A DNA stretch of 64,000 nt from Candidatus Babeliales bacterium (lineage in GTDB: Bacteria; Babelota; Babeliae; Babelales; JANWKD01): NCBI GenBank assembly GCA_963701665.1, contig OY969622.1, positions 992,001-1,056,000 of the forward strand, given 5' to 3'. Below are positions 30,691 to 40,468 of the stretch, in pieces. A model generated the notes under the pieces. The model ran no database searches. It was not told where the DNA came from and saw only the letters and a list, made by a program, of their open reading frames with translations. Position numbers and translations under genes: made by a program. How positions within the stretch are numbered: the stretch's first letter is position 1; each line of letters begins with the position of its first letter.

Positions 30691-30779
30691 TTTAATGAAC
30701 GGCATAGACCGTTGAATTAGCAAAGCAAAGGTATGAAGAATAAAATGCATGTCATTCTTTGGCTAAGGCTCGTGAATGA
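30691..30779 (+). pseudogene. Decayed copy of the 3' end of the hydrolase gene 28559-29839
   Basis: A*TVELAKQRYEE*NACHSLAKARE* versus AQTIELAKQRFEEQNACHSLVKTCE*. Confidence 0.75.
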
Positions 30780-31579
30780 TTCTCAAGAAGTTCTATTATT
30801 TCTTGGTTACCTTTTCTATGCGCTAATTCACATGGCGTCATGTAATATTCAATGACATGACCTCCTATGCCTTCTTTCCTTTTTCGTTTAAGTTTCTTAT
30901 TGGGATCTGCATTACAAGCTAATAATTTTTTTACTAAATCAACATTATCGAAATCAATGGCCTTCGTTAACGGTGTCCATTGCTGATCCATCTTATTATT
31001 GTGCCAATATACACAAAGTATATTAGCATTCGCCCCATGATTGAGACAAAATACCGCTGTTTTTGAATCATTTTTTTCATTAGCTATTTCAAAAAAGTTA
31101 TTTTTATTATCATCGCGTACATAAGGATAAAAGAAACGAGCAATATTTGGAGAATGCTGCCGATATGCTGCTTGCGCAAGATTAATAACCATCGATAAAG
31201 TACTCGTAGGGCATAAAAACTTTGTAGCGAGGTTACTTGCAAGTTTGGGCAAATAAAGATCTCTTTCTAGTTTCTTCACGAGCTTTTTTTGTATTTCATT
31301 TGAAAATGCTTCCTGCGCCAAGGAACTTTTTATAGCATTAGATGTTTCCCGGTCGACATATTCGAAGGATTTTAATGATTTAAAAGCAATGTCGCTAGTT
31401 TCAGATTCATCAACAAGCGCCAAAACAACTTTTTCTAATATTTCTGGCGGCAAAATTTGCGCAAATGAACAATTTAATGTGCCCGGATTTTCTTTTCCCC
31501 ATTCTTCCATAGAATATGAACACCAGAAAAACAAAAAAAGAAAATATATTGATAATTTTTTATGATAAAACGTAATCAT
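30752..31579 (-). CDS. Exported ankyrin-repeat protein, tandem paralogue of 29812-30648
   Basis: WCSYSMEEW shared; ILPPEILEKVV; TPLTKAI, NADPN, TPCELA. Confidence 0.75.
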   Translation of the reverse strand: MITFYHKKLSIYFLFLFFWCSYSMEEWGKENPGTLNCSFAQILPPEILEKVVLALVDESETSDIAFKSLKSFEYVDRETSNAIKSSLAQEAFSNEIQKKLVKKLERDLYLPKLASNLATKFLCPTSTLSMVINLAQAAYRQHSPNIARFFYPYVRDDNKNNFFEIANEKNDSKTAVFCLNHGANANILCVYWHNNKMDQQWTPLTKAIDFDNVDLVKKLLACNADPNKKLKRKRKEGIGGHVIEYYMTPCELAHRKGNQEIIELLENHSRALAKE

Positions 31580-31690
31580 AGCGAGGTCCCTAAAGAAATT
31601 GAATATTTATTAGATTTATTATGAATTATAATACTAGTTTTTAGAAAAATCAAGTACCTACGCTATTTTTTTGCATCGAACAAGAATGTA

Positions 31691-32473
31691 TTACGAACGC
31701 ACGCGTTCCCAAATATGCAAGAGATCTTCCATATTCATCTGTTGCGCGCGCAACAAAATATATTTTTCAGGAATTTTTGAAAGATCAATTTGAGATTGCG
31801 CGAGATTATTTTTGAGCGTACGCCTCGGTTGACGAAAACACAGTTTTATGAATTTCCAAAAATGTTCTTCATCAGGGATTGGCGTCATAATTTTTTTTGG
31901 TTTGAAATGTACTAAGCGTGAATAAACTTTCGGCGGCGGTAAAAAAGCGCCAGGAGAAATTTTCTGCAAAAGTTTCAGTTCAAAATAGTGTTGAAAAAAC
32001 AATGAAGGATAGCCATAGCCCCTGCCACTTTTTTTAACGAGCTTTTGTGCCACCTCTTCTTGGATCATGATCACGCCTTCTTGCAGCAAATCGCGGTTAC
32101 GTTGCAAAAGATGCAAAATAGGAAAGGTAATTAAATAAGGAAGATTTGCTAATAAAATCCACGGTTTATATGGTTCAAAGCGTGAAAAATCAACATCAAG
32201 AATATTTTCCCGAAACATGCTCATGCGCTCGTCAGGATAGGTTTTTTGCACATATTCAGCCCATTGCGGATCAATTTCAAAAACCCACAAACGCGCGATA
32301 TCTTGTTTTAAAATCGAGCGCGTTAAAAAACCATCGCCACAGCCGATTTCAAATACGGAACTGCGCTCGTTTAAATCAACGGCAGCAATCATCTCATCAA
32401 TGATTGATTGCTGCCGTAAAAAATGTTGACCGAACTGTTTTTTAAGCGGAATGCCCGCGGTGTATACTGTCAT
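31691..32473 (-). CDS. rsmA: 16S rRNA m6,6A dimethyltransferase RsmA/KsgA
   Basis: KKQFGQHFL, EIGCGDG, ANLPY, MIQEEVA, FLPPPKVYS. Confidence 0.95.
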   Translation of the reverse strand: MTVYTAGIPLKKQFGQHFLRQQSIIDEMIAAVDLNERSSVFEIGCGDGFLTRSILKQDIARLWVFEIDPQWAEYVQKTYPDERMSMFRENILDVDFSRFEPYKPWILLANLPYLITFPILHLLQRNRDLLQEGVIMIQEEVAQKLVKKSGRGYGYPSLFFQHYFELKLLQKISPGAFLPPPKVYSRLVHFKPKKIMTPIPDEEHFWKFIKLCFRQPRRTLKNNLAQSQIDLSKIPEKYILLRAQQMNMEDLLHIWERVRS

Positions 32474-32488
32474 AGAGAATGCGTGCGC

Positions 32489-33538
32489 CTATTTCATAAG
32501 TGCTTCACGGAAGAAATCTAATTCATCAAGCACGCGTCCAACGCCTTTGACAACACATTGTAATGGATCTTCTGCCACGCGCACGGGTAATTTAGTTTCT
32601 TTTGAAATGAGATCACCAAGACCGCGCAAGAGCGAACCGCCACCCGCCATGACAATACCTTTATCCACCAAATCAGAGGAAAGTTCCGGCGGCGTATTTT
32701 CAAGTGCCACGCGCACGACATCAACAATGTTAGCGATCGTTTCAAGTAATGATTCGTTCACTTCAGTGCTTGTCAAACACACGGTTTTTGGAATACCGGT
32801 TACTAGATCGCGTCCTTTGACATCCATTTTTTCAATTTTTGAATCACACATCACGGTGCCGATGCTAATTTTTATTTGTTCTGCCGTACGTTCACCAATG
32901 AGCAAATTATATTTACGTTTTACATATTGCACGATTGCGCGATCCATTTCATCGCCACCGACGCGCACCGATCTGCAGAAAACCACATCTTTTAAACTAA
33001 TAACAGCAACTTCTGTGGTGCCACCGCCGATATCAACGATCATGCTGCCTGAAGGATCTTCAACACGCAACCCTGCACCGATGGCTGCCGCCATTGGCTC
33101 CATAATGGTATAGACTTCGCGCGCACCTGCTTGTTTAGCCGCGTCTTCAATAGCACGACGCTCGACTTGCGTAATACCCGAGGGCACGCCAACAATAATG
33201 CGAGGGCGAATCCACGTACGTCTATTATCATTGACCGCGCGGATGAAATACCGCAGCATACTTTCGGTCAAATCAAAATTTGCAATAACGCCATCACGCA
33301 TAGGGCGACATGCGACAATACTTTCTGGTGTTTTACCAAGCATTTTTTTTGCTTCTTTTCCTGCAGCAAGCACTTGGTTGGTATTTGCTTTTACGGCAAC
33401 TACTGATGGTTCATCAAGCACGATACCTCGATTGCGCACATATACTAACGTGTTTGCGGTTCCTAGATCAATAGCAATATCATTTGAAAGAAAGCTAAAA
33501 ATCTTTTTAGCGGGAAAAAATGAGAACGGTCTTTTCAT
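32489..33538 (-). CDS. mreB: Rod shape-determining protein MreB
   Basis: IDLGTANT, EPSVVA, EPMAAAIGAG, DIGGGTTEVA, AGGGSLL. Confidence 0.98.
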   Translation of the reverse strand: MKRPFSFFPAKKIFSFLSNDIAIDLGTANTLVYVRNRGIVLDEPSVVAVKANTNQVLAAGKEAKKMLGKTPESIVACRPMRDGVIANFDLTESMLRYFIRAVNDNRRTWIRPRIIVGVPSGITQVERRAIEDAAKQAGAREVYTIMEPMAAAIGAGLRVEDPSGSMIVDIGGGTTEVAVISLKDVVFCRSVRVGGDEMDRAIVQYVKRKYNLLIGERTAEQIKISIGTVMCDSKIEKMDVKGRDLVTGIPKTVCLTSTEVNESLLETIANIVDVVRVALENTPPELSSDLVDKGIVMAGGGSLLRGLGDLISKETKLPVRVAEDPLQCVVKGVGRVLDELDFFREALMK

Positions 33539-33555
33539 ACACGGTACCTATTTTT

Positions 33556-34851
33556 TTAGTAGAGTAACTCTAATCCTAATGCAACACGGTTTGTTTTACT
33601 TGCGCGCTTAGCGATTAATAATTTCGTAGGTATATCCCATTTAAATGAAAAAATTGGAGGATAATCATAGGGATCGCGCACTTTTGAAAAATCATAATAC
33701 ACATTCACGGTAAAATATTCAGCATTCCAGCGTGAACGTTTTATCACCTGACTTAATGTCGCAGGAGGGAGACTCGGCGGTTTATTAACTTGTTTCCACA
33801 CATCATTTTCGTGGAAAATTAAGGTGTATTGTGCTTGTACACCAAGGCCATCACGGATACCACTTAAAATTGCGTACGGCGCAACGACGGAAGTAAATCC
33901 TGGATCAATACGGACAGATCCTTGTGTTGCCGCATAGAGTTGTTGTTCATTGGCAATCGGCAACCGTTCTTGCTTTGTTCTTTCAAAGCGTTGATTAAAC
34001 CGAACGTATAAACCAACAATCCAATCTTCTTTCAACTCAATTTCTACATCACCAGCAACATAGACACCCCAAAAACCATCGCCACCAAATGGGATAGATG
34101 CAGGATTAAGAATCTCGCGTGTTAATCCGGAAGGAATGAGTGCACCAATGCTGATACCGGCATCAATGCGTTTTAATTTATACAAATAATCCCAAATATT
34201 GCCCATGCGTAGATAGAGATCAATGTCAGAAAAGCCCGCACGGCTGAAGGTAGGCGCAAGCAACCCTACTTCTTGATTCATAAATCTACGCGCTTGATCT
34301 AAACGTATTTGCTCATCAGGCGTAATCATAAAATCTGTAATGGTTTTAGGCGACAAGAAGAAATCGTTCTTAGAAAATAAATGCATGAAGAAACAGCTGA
34401 ACCCGCCAGAAAAATAGCGCCAAATATGCTGATCATATTGCAACGCAAAACCTTCAGAAGCAATTTTACCATTCATACGGAATATAACATCTTGTCCCTG
34501 AAAGCGCATAAGTGCTGGTGTATTAAGTGGATCAGGTAAGCCTAAAAGATTTATTGCTGCTTCCATAGCCCCTAGATTATAATCACCAAAAACCTCAAAC
34601 AAGCCTATTTCTGGATTATCTTCACCTTTTGCGAATGCTTCATTGGCAGTCATGATAAAAAGATCACCAAATAACCCTGATGTTTGCTTTAAACAAGGGC
34701 CACACGGCGAGTTACGGAGCGAACACGTACGCGAAAAAGTACGACGCAACAAGGGCAAAAAGCGATTATCATACACCATGCCCAACACGTTTGTTGTGCA
34801 CATAAAAAAGAAGAGAGCAATAACGAGTGAGCGAAGTTTGATCATATACAA
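33556..34851 (-). CDS. Exported hypothetical protein, probable outer-membrane beta-barrel
   Basis: Signal peptide; beta-strand-rich C-terminal half ending in an aromatic residue (ALGLELLY). Confidence 0.6.
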   Translation of the reverse strand: MYMIKLRSLVIALFFFMCTTNVLGMVYDNRFLPLLRRTFSRTCSLRNSPCGPCLKQTSGLFGDLFIMTANEAFAKGEDNPEIGLFEVFGDYNLGAMEAAINLLGLPDPLNTPALMRFQGQDVIFRMNGKIASEGFALQYDQHIWRYFSGGFSCFFMHLFSKNDFFLSPKTITDFMITPDEQIRLDQARRFMNQEVGLLAPTFSRAGFSDIDLYLRMGNIWDYLYKLKRIDAGISIGALIPSGLTREILNPASIPFGGDGFWGVYVAGDVEIELKEDWIVGLYVRFNQRFERTKQERLPIANEQQLYAATQGSVRIDPGFTSVVAPYAILSGIRDGLGVQAQYTLIFHENDVWKQVNKPPSLPPATLSQVIKRSRWNAEYFTVNVYYDFSKVRDPYDYPPIFSFKWDIPTKLLIAKRASKTNRVALGLELLY

Positions 34852-34876
34852 AAAGACCTTTTTAAATTCCTATTTA

Positions 34877-35040
34877 TGCACGAGTCATATAACTGGCCGT
34901 GCCAGCCCAGTCTTCGCTTGCAATGGAATGCCTTCGAAGAGAAATTGAGCTTCGACGGGCAATCTACGCATCATTCTCCTTAAAGAAAACTGGCGAAGCC
35001 AATCGTAGCCAAATATCACATCAAAGCTTCTCCCCATGCA
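34877..35040 (-). ncRNA. Rod-shaped structured RNA, 6S RNA (SsrS) candidate
   Basis: Nested helices on the minus strand: TGCATGGG/CTCGTGCA, ATGTGA/TTATAT, TGGC/GCCA, CCAGTTTTC/GAAGACTGG, TGCC/GGCA, TCGAAG/CTTCGA, with internal bubbles; G-U pairs fix the strand. Confidence 0.55.
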
Positions 35041-35049
35041 GGCGTAGAT

Positions 35050-35142
35050 TGGAGGAGAGAGAGGGATTCGAACCCCCGATTCCATTATACATGAAATAAC
35101 CGCTTTCGAGGCGGCCGCTTTAGACCGCTCAGCCATCTCTCC
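35050..35142 (-). tRNA. tRNA-Ser, anticodon CGA, encoded CCA
   Basis: Acceptor GGAGAGA/TCTCTCC, anticodon arm GCCGC-CTCGAAA-GCGGT, long variable arm, GGTTCGAATCC T-loop. Confidence 0.95.
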
Positions 35143-35209
35143 ATGTACAGTGTTCTATTCATCTAATAATAAAGGATTCTGCTTTTTTGAGAAGTTTTTC
35201 CCAACAAAA

Positions 35210-35239
35210 TTGACAACCTGCCGAAAGCTCGACTATGCT
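35210..35239 (+). promoter_or_regulatory. Possible sigma70 promoter for glmU-sbcD
   Basis: TTGACA-18 nt-TATGCT upstream of the glmU RBS. Confidence 0.4.
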
Positions 35240-35276
35240 ACGTCAGGCAAAAGAGACATTAAGTAAAGGAGATTCC

Positions 35277-36740
35277 ATGCTAGAAAAGAATCTGCAAGCA
35301 GTACTTTTAGCGGGAGGTCGTTCAACACGATTCAAAACGGGAAAAACAAAATTACTTGAAAGAATTTGCGGCCAAGAAATGGTTCTTTATGCAACCTCTC
35401 TCCTTGAGCATTTAGGTTTGCCTACGACGGTTCTTATCGGTTATGAAGGCAATGCCGTTAAAGAGTGCATCATCCAAAGACATGGCTCAGCACTCAATTT
35501 TGCCGTGCAAGAAGAACAAAAAGGAACCGGCCATGCACTCTTATGCACCCAAAAACAGTGGCAGCATGATCATATCCTGGTCATGAATGGTGATATGCCA
35601 CTCATCACCGAAAATACTCTAGAACAATTAGTGCAGAAACATTGTGAACATAAGGCAAGCATTACGTTTGTGACTGCGCACAATGCTGATCCGTCAGTGA
35701 CTGGCTACGGCAGAGTGGTACAGGAAGATCACAAAGTACGCATCATTGAACCAAAAGAATTTCATGGCGATACTCATGAACATTGCTGCGTCAATGCAGG
35801 CATTTATTTAATTAAAAGAGATTTTTTAGAAAATAGCATTCATACGTTACAAGCAAATAACAGCGCGCAAGAATTTTATTTAACGGATTTAATAAAAATC
35901 GCCAGCGATGCACAGCTCACCATCAAAACGGTGCCGGTGGCATTTGATGAAATTCGAGGCGTTAATGATTTTAAAGAACTGTGGACCGTTGAACAAATAA
36001 AACGCTCGGAACTCATTTCTAAATGGATGGCGTCAGGCGTACGCTTTCATGCAGCACAAAATGTACACATAGATGTGAATGTCACGATCGGCGCTGGATC
36101 CTATATAGGTAATGGCGTTCACATTATTAATAATTCACACGTGGGGCAACATTGCATCATCGAGTGTTTCTCTGTCATCAGTAACACACACATTGGCAAT
36201 CATACCACCATCCGCGCGCATTCTGTTGTGTATGATTCCACCATTGGCGATCAATGTTCAGTTGGTCCTTTTGCTCATATTGAAAAAGATTCTCGCCTTG
36301 AAGCGCACGCCGTAATTGGCAATTTTGTTCACGTCAAAAAAAGTACTCTCGGCTCACACTCAAAAGCAAAACATCTTGCGTATCTTGGTGATACTAACAT
36401 CGGTGAGCAGGTGAATATCGGCGCAGGCACTATCACATGCAATTATGACGGCGTTCACAAACATACCACGACCATTGAAGATAATTGTTTTATCGGCAGC
36501 AACAATACCCTCGTTGCACCCGTTGCCATTGGCAAAAATAGTTATACTGCAGCAGGATCGGTTATTACCAACAACGTTCCGCAGGGAGCGCTCGCAATCG
36601 GACGCGCGCGCCAAGTCAATAAAGAAGGATACGCGCGCACGTTACATGAAAAATTAACGCACGCGCAAAATGAAGCTGATATTCCTTTTATTGGTGCACT
36701 CAAAACAACTGACCCCTCAAGTTTTACTGAAGGAACATGA
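35277..36740 (+). CDS. glmU: Bifunctional UDP-GlcNAc pyrophosphorylase / GlcN-1-P acetyltransferase
   Basis: LAGGRSTRF, QKGTGHA, GYGRV, EFYLTD, hexapeptide repeats, HLAYLGD, NIGAGTITCNYDG. Confidence 0.96.
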   Translation: MLEKNLQAVLLAGGRSTRFKTGKTKLLERICGQEMVLYATSLLEHLGLPTTVLIGYEGNAVKECIIQRHGSALNFAVQEEQKGTGHALLCTQKQWQHDHILVMNGDMPLITENTLEQLVQKHCEHKASITFVTAHNADPSVTGYGRVVQEDHKVRIIEPKEFHGDTHEHCCVNAGIYLIKRDFLENSIHTLQANNSAQEFYLTDLIKIASDAQLTIKTVPVAFDEIRGVNDFKELWTVEQIKRSELISKWMASGVRFHAAQNVHIDVNVTIGAGSYIGNGVHIINNSHVGQHCIIECFSVISNTHIGNHTTIRAHSVVYDSTIGDQCSVGPFAHIEKDSRLEAHAVIGNFVHVKKSTLGSHSKAKHLAYLGDTNIGEQVNIGAGTITCNYDGVHKHTTTIEDNCFIGSNNTLVAPVAIGKNSYTAAGSVITNNVPQGALAIGRARQVNKEGYARTLHEKLTHAQNEADIPFIGALKTTDPSSFTEGT

Positions 36741-37981
36741 TACAATTTATTCACACAGCAGACATCCATTTTGGGATGGAAAATTACGGCAAAATTGATC
36801 CCGCGACTGGCATTCACACGCGGTTGCTTGATTTTAAAAAAGCGTTAGATTTTTGTGTTGATTATGCATTAAAAAGCAACGTAGATTTCTTTCTGTTTTC
36901 TGGTGACGCCTATAAAACCATTAATCCAACACCCACCCAGCAACGATTATTGCTCAACTGTTTTTTACGGTTACAACAAGCTGGCATTCCACTCGTCATT
37001 GTAGTGGGCAATCACGATAATCCACTCAGTTTCGGTAAAGCAAATACGTTGGATATTTTTAGTGATCTGCCACTTGAAGGATTTCATGTCATTGCCAAAC
37101 CAGCTATTATTAACTTAACTACTAAAAACGGCCCCGTGCAGATTGTTGGCATTCCATGGCCAAGCCGAACCAACATTGCACTATCTTCAATGCATGCCTA
37201 TAAATCCGCCACAGCACTCACGGAACATATTGCCAGTTCAGTAAGTTCGTTAATTAGTCATTTTGCTCAGCAACTTGATCGCACCATTCCTGCTGTGCTT
37301 GCCGGGCATTTAACGGTAAGTTCCGGCATTTTTTCCGGATCGGAAAAGCGCGCAATTTATGGCAATGATCCGGTGTTGCTACCATCACAACTAGCAATCG
37401 AGCCATTTGATTATGTTGCACTCGGCCATTTGCATCGCTATCAAAATTTAAACCCCAATGGCTATCCTGCACTCGTTTATTCCGGTTCAATCGAGCGCAT
37501 CGATTTTGGCGAGCGCAAAGAAGAGAAAGGATTTTGTTCTGTTACGATTGAAAAAAAAGGTGTCACGACGCACGAATTTATCAAAACACCAGCGCGTCCT
37601 TTCATTCAGATTGAAGTGAAGCTCAAAGAACATCAGGATCAAACAGAGCAACTTCTTGATCAACTGCAACAACATGATATCAATGATGCAATCGTAAAAA
37701 TTTTGTATCATGTACCCGCGGGCAAAAAAGATACGGTGAACTTGTCACTCGTTTTACAAGCGTGCGCAAGCGCGATGCATGTTGTCAACATCACCCCCGT
37801 TCACGCGCCAGAAACGCGCGAGAAACGCTCGGTCATGAATATTTCGATGGATTTGAAAACACTCGTTTCCACGTATTTAGAAGGAAAAAATACCGCGCAA
37901 TCAGATAGCGCGCGTCTTTTGGAAAAAGCACTCGCTTTGCAACAAGAAGCGCTCAATGAAGAGTTTCAGGAAGAGAGTTGA
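36737..37981 (+). CDS. sbcD: SbcD/Mre11-family nuclease subunit
   Basis: HTADIHFG, SGD, GNHD, ALGHLH, YSGS; ATGA overlap with glmU. Confidence 0.9.
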   Translation: MIQFIHTADIHFGMENYGKIDPATGIHTRLLDFKKALDFCVDYALKSNVDFFLFSGDAYKTINPTPTQQRLLLNCFLRLQQAGIPLVIVVGNHDNPLSFGKANTLDIFSDLPLEGFHVIAKPAIINLTTKNGPVQIVGIPWPSRTNIALSSMHAYKSATALTEHIASSVSSLISHFAQQLDRTIPAVLAGHLTVSSGIFSGSEKRAIYGNDPVLLPSQLAIEPFDYVALGHLHRYQNLNPNGYPALVYSGSIERIDFGERKEEKGFCSVTIEKKGVTTHEFIKTPARPFIQIEVKLKEHQDQTEQLLDQLQQHDINDAIVKILYHVPAGKKDTVNLSLVLQACASAMHVVNITPVHAPETREKRSVMNISMDLKTLVSTYLEGKNTAQSDSARLLEKALALQQEALNEEFQEES

Positions 37982-37990
37982 GAATTATTT

Positions 37991-38194
37991 CACGCAAATC
38001 CAATGCAAATTTTACAATGAACTCAAGAATGTCTTCCCGAGGCTTTAGCCGTGGGGATCCAGAACTTTAATACATTCCTTTAATGAACTAATTTTATAAG
38101 CTGGGTTGCCACGCCACATACATGGCTCGCAATGACAATTCTGTTTTCAATGTTATCTTTGCGTAGCCACATTTAATTTATCGAATTTGCGTTA
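37991..38194. repeat. Palindromic repeat (core 38030-38137) inside imperfect terminal inverted repeats
   Basis: Core TGTCTTCCCGAG...CTCGCAATGACA; ends CACGCAAATCCAAT / ATCGAATTTGCGTT; right flank is the reverse complement of about 17392-17435. Confidence 0.75.
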
Positions 38195-38303
38195 ATTACA
38201 ATAAGCACAAGATCAATTCTTAGTGATACAAATTTGTTTTTTTAGTATAATACAACTATATATCTCATAGTATTAAAATTCTACTCAATCAAGTATTGCT
38301 TCT

Positions 38304-40457
38304 ATGATAGTGAAATTAAAACTACATCCATTACATTTAATTATAGCATTTTTCATTCCAAGCATCTTTTACGGAATGTCTGAGCCAAAAATTGCTAAGC
38401 AGCACTCGATCAAAGATTACGGAGAGTTATATTCACAACAAGGTCTTAGAAGCCTACAAGCAATTTGTTTAGGCGTTATAGCAGATAATATTAAAGATAC
38501 TATTGATACAAAAGATCCATTAAATGATAAGCCTTTAATTGAAGAAATCTTAAAGCAAGTATCAGATTACGTCCCACACTTGTTAGAGTATTGGAAGGCA
38601 CATACGCAACCAACATGGAAATTCTTAACACGAGTACCCAATAATATAGATGTAAAGTGGTACAATTCAAAATTGGCTATCTGGTTTGATTCTAAATTCG
38701 ACAAAATTGGCATTTTGCATAGAGATATTGTTAGTTATAAAGATAACCCATTTACGGGAGATTTTGACTGCATTACTGGCAGTAAAGACAATACTTGCAT
38801 TGCAATAAGCAAAAAAAATAAAATAAGAATTTTTTCAGGTAACCATCCATATGAAACTATCCATCGTTTTGAATTGCCTGATACTGATGCTGTTACATCA
38901 CTCGTTTTTTCTCCCGATAAAAATGCTCTTGTCGTAGGCAGTTCAGATGGTAGCATTTATTATATTTTTTTGAATAAACTCAGTTCCTATCCTATGTTAA
39001 CAGAAAAGCATCCTACATCATCAAGCATAAAACATCTTACTTATGCCCCAAATGGCACATACTTTATTTCAATTGACGGGAAAGGCAATGCACTCAAATG
39101 GTATTTTTCATTACATTGTCCTTTATCATCGCATCCTGTATTCCTAGATGGTCCCGTCTTCTATAGCATTATTTCTTTGGATAGTAAGTTCATTTTTTTT
39201 GATAGCTCTTTAGCGCACAAGAAAAATATACAACCCCAAGGATTCATATTCGATGTTAATGATGAAAAAATAATACTTTTTGAAAATGTAGATATTCGTG
39301 GTGTAACTCAAGGGAATAATTTTTTTGGCATCCAATATGAACATAGAGAAAAAACTGTTGCTCGTGACATGGGCAGTTATCTGGCCGCAGCTATTGAAGT
39401 GGAGCTTATTCCTTGGCTTGTAGCAATTGATGTAAAAGGAAATTTTCAAAAATTCTCGTACAATAAGAAAGTGACGACGCTAATCAGTCCGACCAATCTT
39501 TTAGATAGCATGATGTGTTGTGTCTATCAAAATCAAAAATCTTATGACACTTTTTTTTGTTGTTCAGCAAAACCAACGTTAGATCAATTATTATTCAAAC
39601 TTGCCCTAGAAGCAGCACTGAAACATAATAAAACAGCTCATACAAAATCCTTACTCTCACATTCTATATTTTCAACATTTGAACCACACACTGAACAGCA
39701 CACATTACGAGAAAGAATTGATTTGACTCTCTCCAAAGTACATCCTCCATTAGTTGCCCTCCATTTTGTTTATACGCATATCGACCAATTACTACAAACT
39801 AACAAACCGTTCGATACCGTATTGAATCCTGATATGTTAGATGGTTATGACAATAATATTTTAGAGATGATTCATTATCTTACTCAGGAAACAGTTCGTT
39901 CGTGGTTCTCAAAAAAAATAAATCAACAGACTAAATTAATACACACATTAAATAACTTTGAACTTGAAGGAACGCAATATTTGTTATCAGTTAATAGGCA
40001 GTTTGTTTTTGACACTTTTAACACTATAGTAAATGCTGCTAAAAATAATTTTAATGCGCTCAAAACAATACAAAAATCAGGTATAGAAAGAAAATTACGC
40101 ACGTTTACAACTAACACAAAAAGTATCTTGTCAACGGCGGATCATCTTGATACCTTAATTAAACTTAAGAATGAGAGTTTATTACAAGAGGGACGCTATT
40201 ATGGGGGTGAAATTTCTGATTACTACAATCTCGACATAGCAAAACATATGAAGAATTGTATATATAAATTGGAACGATCAGTACCTCCATCTTATAGAAG
40301 CATGGATGAAATTTTACCTAATACTTTATTTGGTCAAGCAGTTAAAGCGTCAGAAGATAGTATTCAAAGCTATGCATCAAGCGTAACGTCTCCTGATAAA
40401 ATGAAGATTTTTCCACGTCTTTTATACAAACATGCACATCTGCAATGCACAAAGTAA
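38304..40457 (+). CDS. Exported WD40-like protein with BC-box-like motif and helical C-terminal region
   Basis: Signal ending FYG-MSE; RSLQAICLGVI; VTSLVFSPD..LVVGSSDGSI and IKHLTYAPNGTYFISIDGKG..KW. Confidence 0.65.
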   Translation: MIVKLKLHPLHLIIAFFIPSIFYGMSEPKIAKQHSIKDYGELYSQQGLRSLQAICLGVIADNIKDTIDTKDPLNDKPLIEEILKQVSDYVPHLLEYWKAHTQPTWKFLTRVPNNIDVKWYNSKLAIWFDSKFDKIGILHRDIVSYKDNPFTGDFDCITGSKDNTCIAISKKNKIRIFSGNHPYETIHRFELPDTDAVTSLVFSPDKNALVVGSSDGSIYYIFLNKLSSYPMLTEKHPTSSSIKHLTYAPNGTYFISIDGKGNALKWYFSLHCPLSSHPVFLDGPVFYSIISLDSKFIFFDSSLAHKKNIQPQGFIFDVNDEKIILFENVDIRGVTQGNNFFGIQYEHREKTVARDMGSYLAAAIEVELIPWLVAIDVKGNFQKFSYNKKVTTLISPTNLLDSMMCCVYQNQKSYDTFFCCSAKPTLDQLLFKLALEAALKHNKTAHTKSLLSHSIFSTFEPHTEQHTLRERIDLTLSKVHPPLVALHFVYTHIDQLLQTNKPFDTVLNPDMLDGYDNNILEMIHYLTQETVRSWFSKKINQQTKLIHTLNNFELEGTQYLLSVNRQFVFDTFNTIVNAAKNNFNALKTIQKSGIERKLRTFTTNTKSILSTADHLDTLIKLKNESLLQEGRYYGGEISDYYNLDIAKHMKNCIYKLERSVPPSYRSMDEILPNTLFGQAVKASEDSIQSYASSVTSPDKMKIFPRLLYKHAHLQCTK

Positions 40458-40468
40458 ATGTAATAAAA

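Noticed and set aside
32451..33611. Long antisense ORFs over mreB (220 aa, 137 aa) and similar ones over gpsA, the AAA genes and the ankyrin genes
   Set aside because: Typical antisense shadows of real genes, with no RBS or motifs of their own.
34877..35040. SRP (4.5S) RNA or simple terminator
   Set aside because: No SRP domain IV motif (CAGG...GGAA...AGCAG), and too long and irregular for an intrinsic terminator.
34885..35136. ORFs of 83 aa (-) and 66 aa (+)
   Set aside because: They overlie the tRNA-Ser and the structured RNA; MAERSKAA is translated tRNA sequence.
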